Counted from the stretch's first letter, positions 9,313 to 17,589 are shown. The stretch is 64,000 bases of DNA from Dehalococcoidia bacterium (GCA_965116015.1 OZ220477.1:781704-845703); one strand, 5' to 3'. The notes: generated by a model not told the origin, from the letters alone. Translations and numbers: made by a program.

Positions 9313-10440
9313 ATGCAGATCAAGTGCCTCCAGGAGAATCTCAGCCACGGCCTCGGCGTCGTCCAGCGAGCCGTCGCCACCCGCACAACACTCCCCATCA
9401 CACAGCACGTCCTCCTCTCCACCGACGAAGGACGCCTCAAACTCTCCGCCACCAACCTCGACATCGCCATCAGCACATGGATCGGCGGCGAAATATCCTC
9501 CGAAGGCTCCGTAACCGCCCTCGCGCGAACCCTCATCGACCTCGTCAACTCCCTCGGACCCCAAACCATCGACCTCGCCTCCAACTCCCAGGAACGCGGC
9601 GTCGAAATCAAAGGCAACCGCTCCCAACACTCCATCAACGGCGCCAGCGCCAGCGAATTCCCACCCATGCCCGCCATCGGCGACGGATCCACAACCCGCA
9701 TCAACGGATACCAACTCCGCGACGCCATACACCAAGTCGCCTTCGCCGCCGCCGTCGAAGACTCCAGACCCGTCCTCACAGGCGTCAACGTCGAACTCGA
9801 AGGATCCCAGATCACCCTCGCCGCCGCCGACGGCTTCCGCCTCGCCGTACGATCCGCCAAACTCCTCGACCCCGTCGACGAGAAACTCTCCGTCATCATC
9901 CCCGCAAGAGCCCTCGCCGAAATCGAACGCCTAATCGACAGCGACGACCCCATCGACATCGTCATCAACACACAGCGAAGCCAGATCCTCTTCCGCCTCA
10001 AAAACATCGAATTCGTCTCCCAACTCATCCAGGGAACCTTCCCCAACTACAGCCAACTCATCCCCCACGAACGAACCACACGCGCAGTCGTCGACCTCGG
10101 CGAACTCAAACGCTCCTCTCGAACCGCCGCCATCTTCGCCAAAGACGGCTCCGGCATCATCCGACTCCTCATCGACTCCGAATCAGGCGACTCCGGCAAA
10201 CTCACCATCTCCTCGCGCGCCGACGAAATCGGCGACAGCGTCGGCGACATCGAAGCCGACATCGAAGGCCCCGTCGGCAAAATCGCCTTCAACAGCCGCT
10301 TCCTCAACGACGTCCTCGCCGTCATCGCCAAAGACAAAGTCGCCCTCGAAATGACAACCTCCTCAAGCCCAGGCGTCATACGACCCCTCGACGACCCCGA
10401 CTACGTCCACGTCGTAATGCCAATGTTCGTCCAGTGGTAA
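9313..10440 (+). CDS. dnaN: DNA polymerase III beta sliding clamp
   Basis: 375 aa: MQIKCLQENLSHGLGVVQRAV...LTGVNVELEG..ITLAAADGFRLAV...FPNYSQLIP...PGVIRP. GAGG RBS. Confidence 0.92.
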   Translation: MQIKCLQENLSHGLGVVQRAVATRTTLPITQHVLLSTDEGRLKLSATNLDIAISTWIGGEISSEGSVTALARTLIDLVNSLGPQTIDLASNSQERGVEIKGNRSQHSINGASASEFPPMPAIGDGSTTRINGYQLRDAIHQVAFAAAVEDSRPVLTGVNVELEGSQITLAAADGFRLAVRSAKLLDPVDEKLSVIIPARALAEIERLIDSDDPIDIVINTQRSQILFRLKNIEFVSQLIQGTFPNYSQLIPHERTTRAVVDLGELKRSSRTAAIFAKDGSGIIRLLIDSESGDSGKLTISSRADEIGDSVGDIEADIEGPVGKIAFNSRFLNDVLAVIAKDKVALEMTTSSSPGVIRPLDDPDYVHVVMPMFVQW

Positions 10441-10529
10441 CGTAAACGGCTCCCCCAACCCCAGACCCCTACAACAACCCCGCCCCTCTGACCGCCGCCC
10501 AAACTGACCTCAACAACCTCCTCGCCCAT

Positions 10530-10709
10530 ACCGATGCTCCTCCACTAATAACCCAAACTCCCAACCCAATCCCACAACCCCCCACAACCCCCCCAACCCA
10601 GCGCCCACCCCGCACCGATGCTCCTTCGCTAGCAAACCCAAACTCCCAACCCAATCCCACAACCCCCCACAACCCCCCCAACCCCCACCCACCCAGCGCC
10701 CACCCCGCG
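10530..10709. repeat. Intergenic tandem repeat, 2 copies of ~84-95 bp
   Basis: ACCGATGCTCC...AAACTCCCAACCCAATCCCACAACCCCCCACAACCCCCCC occurs at 10530 and again at 10614. Confidence 0.8.
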
Positions 10710-10800
10710 CGGGAATACCCGCCCCACACGCAGCTTCAGCAGTCCTGACTACCCCGGCGCCCATCCCCCGCAGGGATGCCCCCCGAAAGAGCCGCTCCCT

Positions 10801-11160
10801 ATGACAACCAGCGAAGGCCAGCTCCTCCTCAACAACCTCCTCCCCCCGGAAATGCGGAAGCAACTCCAGGACAATGGACTCCACGACGACCACGACCCTC
10901 CCCCCGTAGCCAGACTCTACACCCCCTACGGCAAATGGTCCTGGCTCCTCGCCCTCCAGGACCCCGAAGACCCAGACAAGATCCTCTGCCTCGCCGACAT
11001 GGGCATCGGCCAGCCGGAACTCGGCTACATCAGCCTCTCCCTCCTCGCCGACTACGACATCCGCGGAATCCCCATCCAGCTCGACCGCAGCGCCACATTC
11101 AACAAACCCCTCTCCTCGTACGCCAACCGCGCAACCCACAGCGGCAAAATCGAACTCTAA
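10801..11160 (+). CDS. DUF2958-like protein
   Basis: 119 aa: ARLYTPYGKWSWLLALQDPEDPDKILCLADMGIGQPELGYISLSLL. This matches the family pattern as I remember it. Confidence 0.6.
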   Translation: MTTSEGQLLLNNLLPPEMRKQLQDNGLHDDHDPPPVARLYTPYGKWSWLLALQDPEDPDKILCLADMGIGQPELGYISLSLLADYDIRGIPIQLDRSATFNKPLSSYANRATHSGKIEL

Positions 11161-11255
11161 CCCAAGCCCGCAACCCCGACTCCCCACCCCATCCCCAAGC
11201 CCCCCGACTCCCCACCCCCACGCGCAACCCACCCCGTAGCGTGCAACCTCCCCCC

Positions 11256-11950
11256 GTGACCCTCCCCCCAGCGCCCAACCCCGCCCCTCCCCGAACCGAC
11301 CACGCGCCGGCGCCCCCTCCTGCCGCTCCTCCTCCAGCTCCACCTACCCTCCATCGTCCTCGGATTCGGAATGGGCGCCACGATCCCCGTCGTCCCCGAA
11401 TTCGCCAAATCCTTCGGCGTTGTGGTATCTATCATTCGATTCAGAAATCCGAATTCACGCCGAGCCGGAGTGTTTGGCGATGACTTACAAGGGGTAGTAG
11501 GGAATGGGCAAGTCGGGTTGGCTCTTTGTGGGGCTTTTTACGGGATTGCTCGTCGGGGCTATATGGGCAAGCAGCTTTAGCATTATCGGGGCGGTTCGGG
11601 GGGTCATCGGTTATGTGGTCGCTATCATCGTAACGGTCTCCGATTGGATGTTCTTCTTTGGCATTTTATGGTTCGTCGCAGTTGTTATTCCAATGGCTGC
11701 AGTAACTCTCTCGGTTATGTTGGGGCAGAATCTGCTAAGGCGCTGGCGTGGGCGCGGAGCGGAGCCAGGGCGTGGGAAAGGGGCGTAGAGGGCGGTCTAG
11801 GTCGAGGGCTGAGGGTTGTGGGACGGGCGGGGATGCTAGAGGGGCATTCCCATCCTTTTCACCCTCGCCCTCAGCGCCATCGGAACCGCCGGAATACTCT
11901 CCTCCCTCATCCTCGCCGCCCTCGTCCCCGAAACCAACCGCCCACACAAA
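11256..11950 (+). pseudogene. Disrupted tandem paralog of the downstream MFS gene (5' and 3' remnants only)
   Basis: 11256-11420 is homologous to 12010-12175 (GTGACCCTCCCCCCA...GGATTCGGAATGGGCGCCAC.ATCCCCGTCGTCCCCGAATTCGCCAAATCCTTCGGCGT) and carries an internal frameshift. 11858-11945 is homologous to 13171-13262. The middle is replaced by unrelated DNA. Confidence 0.8.
11504..11788 (+). CDS. Small hydrophobic protein (94 aa, ~3 TM) inside the skew-inverted insert
   Basis: Sequence MGKSGWLFVGLFTGLLVGAIWASSFSIIGAV...WFVAVVIPMAAVTLSVMLG. It is the only sizeable ORF in the 437-bp insert and has no recognisable family. Confidence 0.4.
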   Translation: MGKSGWLFVGLFTGLLVGAIWASSFSIIGAVRGVIGYVVAIIVTVSDWMFFFGILWFVAVVIPMAAVTLSVMLGQNLLRRWRGRGAEPGRGKGA

Positions 11951-11956
11951 CCCCCA

Positions 11957-11973
11957 CCCCCCCCCCCCCCCCC
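11957..11973. repeat. Poly-C tract, 17 nt
   Basis: Counted directly. Lies 37 nt upstream of the GTG start of the intact MFS gene. Confidence 0.9.
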
Positions 11974-12009
11974 ACGCGCGCCCCGCCCCGTTGCGTGTAA
12001 GCTCCCCCC

Positions 12010-13272
12010 GTGACCCTCCCCCCAGAGCCCAACCCCCACCCTCCCCCCGAACCCGCCACGCGCCGGCGACCCCTCCTGTCGCTCCTCCTCCAGCTCCACC
12101 TACCCTCCATCGCCCTCGGATTCGGAATGGGCGCCACAATCCCCGTCGTCCCCGAATTCGCCAAATCCTTCGGCGTCGGCCCCGGCCAGGCATCCCTCGT
12201 CTTCGTCGCCAACATGCTCGGAGGCCTCACCGCCAGCGTCCCCATCGGATACCTCCTCGACAGAATCGGCCGGCGACGCATCCTCATCCTCGGCCCAGCC
12301 CTCACCGCACTCGCCGCACTCCTCACCGCCTCCGCCGCCTCATTCCCCCTCCTCCTCCTCTACCGCTTCATCGGAGGATGGGGAACCCAAATGTGGACCC
12401 TCAGCCGACTCACCATGATCGCCGACTCCAACCCCTCCGCCTCCCGCGGACGCATGATCACCAGCCTCCTCGGCGTCCAGCACGTCGGAACCCTCGCCGG
12501 ACCCCTCGCCGGAGGCCTCATCGCCGTAACCTACGGCCTCCAAGCCGCCTTCATCCTCCAGGGAGCCTTCGCCCTCCTCGCCGTCGCCCCCGGATTCCTC
12601 ACCCCCGAAACCGCCCCCAAAGGCCAACCCCAAAACCCCGCAGGGCAGGGGAGCCCAACCCCCGCCTTCGCCTGGAGATCCCTCCTCTCACCGCCAATCC
12701 CACTAATGTTCCTCGCCCAATGGCTCGGAATGACCGCCCGCGGCGGCATCGTCGCCGGCAGCACAGTCTTCGTCTACGCCTCCTACGCCTACAACGCCGA
12801 CCCCCGAACCCTCGGCCTCCTCAGCTCCCTTATGGCCGGCGCCGGCATCCCCCTCACCTTCGCCGCCGGATACCTCATGGACCGCTTCGGACGCAAAACC
12901 ACCATCGTCCCAGGCCTCGCCATCCTCGGCGCAGCCATGACCTTCCTCGGCGCCGCCTCATTCCTCAACCTCGGATTCTCCTACTTCGTCGCAGGCTTCA
13001 TCGTCCTCCAAACCACCAACAGCCTCCTCACCGGCTCCTGGCAAGTCATCGGCTCCGACCTCGCCCCGCCAGCCGCCAGAGGACGCTTCTTCGCCGTCGG
13101 ACGCACCGTCACCCAGGCCGGCTTCGCCACAAACCCCGCCCTCTTCTCCCTCTGCGTCGCACTCTCCGGCTTCACCCTCGCCCTCGGCGTCATCGGAACC
13201 GCCGGAATACTCTCCTCCCTCATCCTCGCCGCCCTCGTCCCCGAAACAAACCGCCCCCGCAACCCCCCCTAA
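12010..13272 (+). CDS. MFS transporter
   Basis: 420 aa, multi-TM, with LLDRIGRRRILILG motif. GTG start. Confidence 0.8.
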   Translation: MTLPPEPNPHPPPEPATRRRPLLSLLLQLHLPSIALGFGMGATIPVVPEFAKSFGVGPGQASLVFVANMLGGLTASVPIGYLLDRIGRRRILILGPALTALAALLTASAASFPLLLLYRFIGGWGTQMWTLSRLTMIADSNPSASRGRMITSLLGVQHVGTLAGPLAGGLIAVTYGLQAAFILQGAFALLAVAPGFLTPETAPKGQPQNPAGQGSPTPAFAWRSLLSPPIPLMFLAQWLGMTARGGIVAGSTVFVYASYAYNADPRTLGLLSSLMAGAGIPLTFAAGYLMDRFGRKTTIVPGLAILGAAMTFLGAASFLNLGFSYFVAGFIVLQTTNSLLTGSWQVIGSDLAPPAARGRFFAVGRTVTQAGFATNPALFSLCVALSGFTLALGVIGTAGILSSLILAALVPETNRPRNPP

Positions 13273-13342
13273 CCGCGTACCATAAACCCCCGCGCTCCCC
13301 AACCCCCGACCCCAACCAAACCACAAACCAAAGGAACCCGCC

Positions 13343-13777
13343 ATGACCAACCACAACAACCTCAAATCAAACATCATCCCCGGATTGCGCTACCGCAACG
13401 CCCCCGCCGCCATCGACTGGCTCTGCAACGTCCTCGGCTTCGAGCGCCATCTCGTCGTCCCCGGCGACGACGACGGAACAATCGCCCACGCCCAGCTAAC
13501 CCTCGGCAACGGAATGATAATGCTCGGATCCCACCGCGACGCCCCCGACAACATCGTCGCCCCTCCCGAAACAAACAACTCCCCCCTCACCCAAAGCGCA
13601 TACATCGTCGTCAGCGACATCCAAGCCCACTACCAGCGCGCCAAAGCCGCCGGAGCGCACATCGTCATGGAACTCGAAGAACAGCATTACGGAGGCAGCC
13701 TCTACACCGCGCGCGACCCCGAAGGCCAGCTCTGGTGCATCGGCTCCTACAACCCCTGGGCCGACGCCGCCCCCTAA
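13343..13777 (+). CDS. VOC/glyoxalase-family protein (PhnB-like)
   Basis: 144 aa: IPGLRYRNAPAAIDWLCNVLGFE...HAQL..GNGMIMLGS...YTARDPEGQLWCIGSYNPW. Confidence 0.75.
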   Translation: MTNHNNLKSNIIPGLRYRNAPAAIDWLCNVLGFERHLVVPGDDDGTIAHAQLTLGNGMIMLGSHRDAPDNIVAPPETNNSPLTQSAYIVVSDIQAHYQRAKAAGAHIVMELEEQHYGGSLYTARDPEGQLWCIGSYNPWADAAP

Positions 13778-13927
13778 CCCCTCCCCGGAAAACGCGAACC
13801 TCCAGCGCCTCCCACCCCCTGCAACGCCCCGCAAACAACCGCTGCGCCCCCGCCCCGCCCCACTTCGCAGAGAAGACCGACGCGCAGATCACCGCGCGTT
13901 GCACAGCCCCCCAGAGAAACGAAAACC

Positions 13928-14716
13928 CTACGTCTCCAGAATCCCCCGCTCCGACGGAAACAGCGCAAGCAGCCCCCCATCCACATTGATATTCTCACCC
14001 GTAATGAACCCCGACAACGGCGACGCCAGAAACAGCGCCGCCTGAGCCTGATCCGCCGGCTCCCCCCACCTCCCCAGCGGAATATTCCGCGGCCTCTCCG
14101 CACGCGGCGCCGTCGAACCCCCCGGCGTAGTCCCCCTGCTCTCCCCCGTCTGCGTCGGCGTTATCGAATTCACCCGAATCCCATACGGCGCCAGCTGAAT
14201 CGCCATCGTCCGCGTCATCTGCAGCACCGCCCCCTTCGACGCCGAATACGCAATGAACCCAGCCTTCCCCCGATGACCCGTCGTCGACGCAGTATTCACA
14301 ATCGCCCCGCCAGCGCCCTGCGCAACCATCCGGCGCGCCGCCTGCTGACTACACAGCATCGTCCCGTCCATAATCACCGACTGCACCCACTTCCACCTCT
14401 CATACTCAACATCCAGAATCCCCGCCTCATTATTCACCGCCGCATTATTCACCAGCACATCCACACGCCCATAAGCCTCGTCCGCAGCCCTGAACACAGC
14501 CTCCACCCCCTCCGGAGACGAAATATCCGCGCTCACCCCAACAGCGTCTCCCCCCAACTCCCGCACCGACAAAGCCGCCTGCTCCGCCCGATCGTCCAGA
14601 AAATCAACGCACACCACCCGCGCCCCCTCCCGCGCCAGCGCCCGCGCAATCTCCACCCCGATATTCGGACCGCTCCCAGTAACCACCGCCGCCTTCCCAT
14701 CAAGCAACATCCCCAA
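13928..14716 (-). CDS. SDR-family oxidoreductase
   Basis: TGSGPNIG cofactor motif, NNAA, and catalytic YSASK. Confidence 0.85.
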   Translation of the reverse strand: MGMLLDGKAAVVTGSGPNIGVEIARALAREGARVVCVDFLDDRAEQAALSVRELGGDAVGVSADISSPEGVEAVFRAADEAYGRVDVLVNNAAVNNEAGILDVEYERWKWVQSVIMDGTMLCSQQAARRMVAQGAGGAIVNTASTTGHRGKAGFIAYSASKGAVLQMTRTMAIQLAPYGIRVNSITPTQTGESRGTTPGGSTAPRAERPRNIPLGRWGEPADQAQAALFLASPLSGFITGENINVDGGLLALFPSERGILET

Positions 14717-14956
14717 CCTCCTCGCCTAACCGGCAGAATCCCCCGCATCCTACCACCCCCCTCAACCCCCTGGCGTAACGCCCTCGCCCCATCCCGCCTC
14801 GAACCCTCCTCAACACCATCGGAACCCACCGCGACCGCCAAGCGCTCCCCCTTCAAAAACCTCCTAACCCGAACAGAACACCCCTCCCCCAACAGACCCA
14901 TCGCCTCCCAGCCCGGATAGCCTCCTCGCACGGAGCCTCGCGATGCGCGTCAACGG

Positions 14957-15122
14957 TCGGAATGTGGAGCGAACAAGGAGAGCGCCGCTTGCGCGGCGGC
15001 AAGCGGAACGACTAGGGGAAAGCGGAGTGCATTCCGAGAGGGTAGCGGTGGGGTAGGGGTAGGAGAACCCAGAATTCCGATAAGCCGGAGTAAACCGAGC
15101 GGCGGCCGCAAGGAACAGCCGC
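14957..15122. other. G-rich, hairpin-dense intergenic patch (candidate structured RNA or relic), strand undetermined
   Basis: Nested perfect stems: TCGGAATG (14957-14964) with CATTCCGA (15030-15037); CCGCTTGC (14985-14992) with GCAAGCGG (14999-15006); GCGGC (15099-15103) with GCCGC (15118-15122). Composition is opposite to the surrounding DNA. Confidence 0.35.
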
Positions 15123-15179
15123 ATACCCAGCGCCCCCCGAAACGCGCCCGATGATGCCACCGACGCCTGCCCCCCACCC

Positions 15180-17117
15180 TCAATGCGTGTCGAACAACTC
15201 CTGATACCGCGCAATCGCCCCCAACACAGCCTCCCGCTCCGCCCCCGTCGGCCTCCGCGGATCACGCGCCTTCGGCAAACGCCCCAACTTCAGCATCGCC
15301 GCGCGCAGCAGCGCCCGAGCCTTCGTCGCATCAAGATTGCTCCCCTCAATCGTAAGATCATTCGGCGAAGAGGGCAGCGCGCCCTCCGGATCTCCACGAC
15401 CAACACGCACAACCGGCATCCCGCTACACGCCGCTATCCCCAGTGCCGCCAACTGACTCGGCAACGCCGAACCGCTCCCGGCAGCCGCCTCCAGCACAAA
15501 CCCGTGGAACACAGGACTCCCCGGCTCCAGCGACGCCTCCTGCTCAGCCCCACGCGCGATCCGCGCCATAATATCCACCTCAACATCAGGATCCGCCGAA
15601 TCCTCCTCCGCCATATAGTGCCCGTACTTCACAATATGAACCGGAGCTATCGCCGACCCCAACAGCGAACCATCCTCCCCCTTGATCCGAACCGACGCCG
15701 TCCCCCCGCTATCCCCGAACTCCTGAAACACCGCCTCCGACGGCAAACGCCTCACCGCCAGCGCCGAACTCCCCGTCGTCCTGTACGCCGGCTTGTGCCA
15801 GATCCGCGTCTCCGCACCCGCAGCCCCAAGAGCTCCCCCATGACCCCCAGTCGCCCGGTAGCCCCCAGGACGCGCATCACCCTTCTTGAACGACCGCGCC
15901 GAAAACACCTGCTCATCCACGATCCCCACCGCCCCCAAACCCGCCCCAAGACCCGACGCGATATACCGCGCCGCATCCACGATATTCCTGTCCCCATCAT
16001 TCGACAGCTCCCCATGCGGACGCTGCGACGACACCCCCACGAACGGCAGCGCCGTATCCAGCGTCACACTCAACCAATACAACGTCTCCTCGATATGCGG
16101 ACTCCCCTCCAGCCAGATGAACCCATCGTGCCTCCCCGAATCAATCGTCTCCTGAACAGCATTGAACGCCCGCGCCATCGCCCAATTCGGCGGAAACTTC
16201 CCGACAGCCCGCGGACTATACGGAAAGAAATCCCTCCCCGCCCTCTCACCCTGCCCCGTATACCCCGCCGGAGGCAGCGCCCGCACGAAATCGAAATCCG
16301 CCACCCTGTCCAGCGCATTCGCCCCCCCGTCCGAACCCCGGCCATACACCCCCCGATCGATATCCTCGAACACCCGCGACGCATCCGGAAAGAACGACTG
16401 ACGCCCCCCATACCCAATGCTCGCATCCCGAAGATCCCCCTCCTCGAACGGACGCCCCTCCGCCGAACCATCCGCCCGCCGCGCCACATACGGCAACAGA
16501 TACGCCCCATCCTCAGGACGCAGCTCCACCTCGTAGAACGGCTTCCCGTCGTCGTGATACGCCTCCCGCGCATCCTCCTCCAGCGGATGCGCGCTGAACT
16601 TCCGGATACGCACCCTCACCGGCTCATAAAGCGTCTGCGCCGCCAAATGATCGAACCGCCCCTCCAGCCCGGGCTCCCCCTCCAACCGCCCCTTACTGCT
16701 AGTAACCAACGTAGGCGAATTCGCAACAGTCGACCGAGGCCCCGAAAACACCGCTATCCGCGGCCTCATATTCCCCTTCCCCCAGTACGCATACACCCGG
16801 CGCAACTCTTCTTCGTAGAACGCGGCATCCTCAGCAGGGGTCGTTCCGCTGTACCCCCTCAGCGCCCTTGCTAGTTCAAAGAACTCCTTGCTAGGTCTGC
16901 CTTTGCCTTTCGCGACCACTACCGCGGACAGCATCGGCCGCCCTGACGCGACCTCCAACCTGCAGATGCACCCTAGCTCTGGTCCAATCCCCCTGGCAGT
17001 CATTCCCACCTGAGGCGCAACTCCTCCGTAATTGGCTTTCCCCTGTCTCTTGGCCAATCCGATTAGCACATCCCTAAGCTCACTAAGCCTGTCCCTCATC
17101 ACCGTCTCCTTGCCCAA
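15180..17117 (-). CDS. Asparaginase-family protein with extra ~115-aa N-terminal (wHTH-like) module
   Basis: 645 aa. From residue ~120: IAVFSGPRSTVANSP...WLEGSPHIEETLYWL...FSARSFKKGD, resembling asparaginase motifs (GGTI / HGTDTMEET / K) in divergent form. The N-terminal module is paralogous to the 17201..17557 product. Confidence 0.65.
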   Translation of the reverse strand: MGKETVMRDRLSELRDVLIGLAKRQGKANYGGVAPQVGMTARGIGPELGCICRLEVASGRPMLSAVVVAKGKGRPSKEFFELARALRGYSGTTPAEDAAFYEEELRRVYAYWGKGNMRPRIAVFSGPRSTVANSPTLVTSSKGRLEGEPGLEGRFDHLAAQTLYEPVRVRIRKFSAHPLEEDAREAYHDDGKPFYEVELRPEDGAYLLPYVARRADGSAEGRPFEEGDLRDASIGYGGRQSFFPDASRVFEDIDRGVYGRGSDGGANALDRVADFDFVRALPPAGYTGQGERAGRDFFPYSPRAVGKFPPNWAMARAFNAVQETIDSGRHDGFIWLEGSPHIEETLYWLSVTLDTALPFVGVSSQRPHGELSNDGDRNIVDAARYIASGLGAGLGAVGIVDEQVFSARSFKKGDARPGGYRATGGHGGALGAAGAETRIWHKPAYRTTGSSALAVRRLPSEAVFQEFGDSGGTASVRIKGEDGSLLGSAIAPVHIVKYGHYMAEEDSADPDVEVDIMARIARGAEQEASLEPGSPVFHGFVLEAAAGSGSALPSQLAALGIAACSGMPVVRVGRGDPEGALPSSPNDLTIEGSNLDATKARALLRAAMLKLGRLPKARDPRRPTGAEREAVLGAIARYQELFDTH

Positions 17118-17200
17118 GAATCTCTAACGAAGATCGCCCTCCCCCTTAGTTCCCCCAGTACTCACCGACCCTGCGCACTCACGTCGCCTTACCCTCCCAC

Positions 17201-17557
17201 CTAGTTCCCCCAATGCTCATAAACCCGGCGCAACTCCTCCGCGTAGAACGCAGCAGCATCAGCATCGGTCGTTCCGCTGTACCGCCCCAGTTTCTTCGCC
17301 AGCCTGAAGAACCCTCCGCCAGGTTTGCCTCTGCGTTCCGAGATTACTACGACGGACAGCATCGTCCCCCCCTCACCCCTGCAGATGCGCTCCAGCAGAG
17401 GGTCAAGTCCCAGGGAACCTATCCCCAAACGCCTCGCGATATCCCCGTAGTAGATGGTGCCGCGTCGCTTAGCCTTTTCGATTAGCACGTCTCGAACAGC
17501 GTCGAACAGCTCCTCCCCGAGATTACTAAGCCTCTCCATCAGACTATCCCTCATCAC
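17201..17557 (-). CDS. Stand-alone paralog of the N-terminal module of the 15180..17117 protein
   Basis: 118 aa, about 50% identical by eye: ...YYGDIARRLGIGSLG..LLERICR...MLSVVVISERRGKPGGGFFRLAKKLGRYSGTTDADAAAFYAEELRRVYEHWG versus ...NYGGVAPQVGMTARG...MLSAVVVAKGKGRPSKEFFELARALRGYSGTTPAEDAAFYEEELRRVYAYWG. Confidence 0.65.
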   Translation of the reverse strand: MMRDSLMERLSNLGEELFDAVRDVLIEKAKRRGTIYYGDIARRLGIGSLGLDPLLERICRGEGGTMLSVVVISERRGKPGGGFFRLAKKLGRYSGTTDADAAAFYAEELRRVYEHWGN

Positions 17558-17589
17558 CGCCTCCTCCCCTCAGAATCCCTGCCCCCCAA

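Noticed and set aside
8998-9313. oriC next to dnaN.
   Set aside because: There is no dnaA gene, no cluster of TTATCCACA-like boxes and no AT-rich unwinding element. I noticed only one 7/9 DnaA-box-like match in the window (TTATCCAGC near 54893).
14957-15122. SRP (4.5S) RNA or a known riboswitch (c-di-GMP-II, yybP-ykoY) in the G-rich patch.
   Set aside because: Only short letter matches were found (GCAA-GGAACAGCC versus GGAA-GGAAGCAGCC; GGGTAGCGGTGGGG versus GGTAGGTAGCGGGG). The conserved SRP domain IV motif is broken, the 5'/3' ends do not pair as in 4.5S RNA, and the other riboswitch signature elements are absent.
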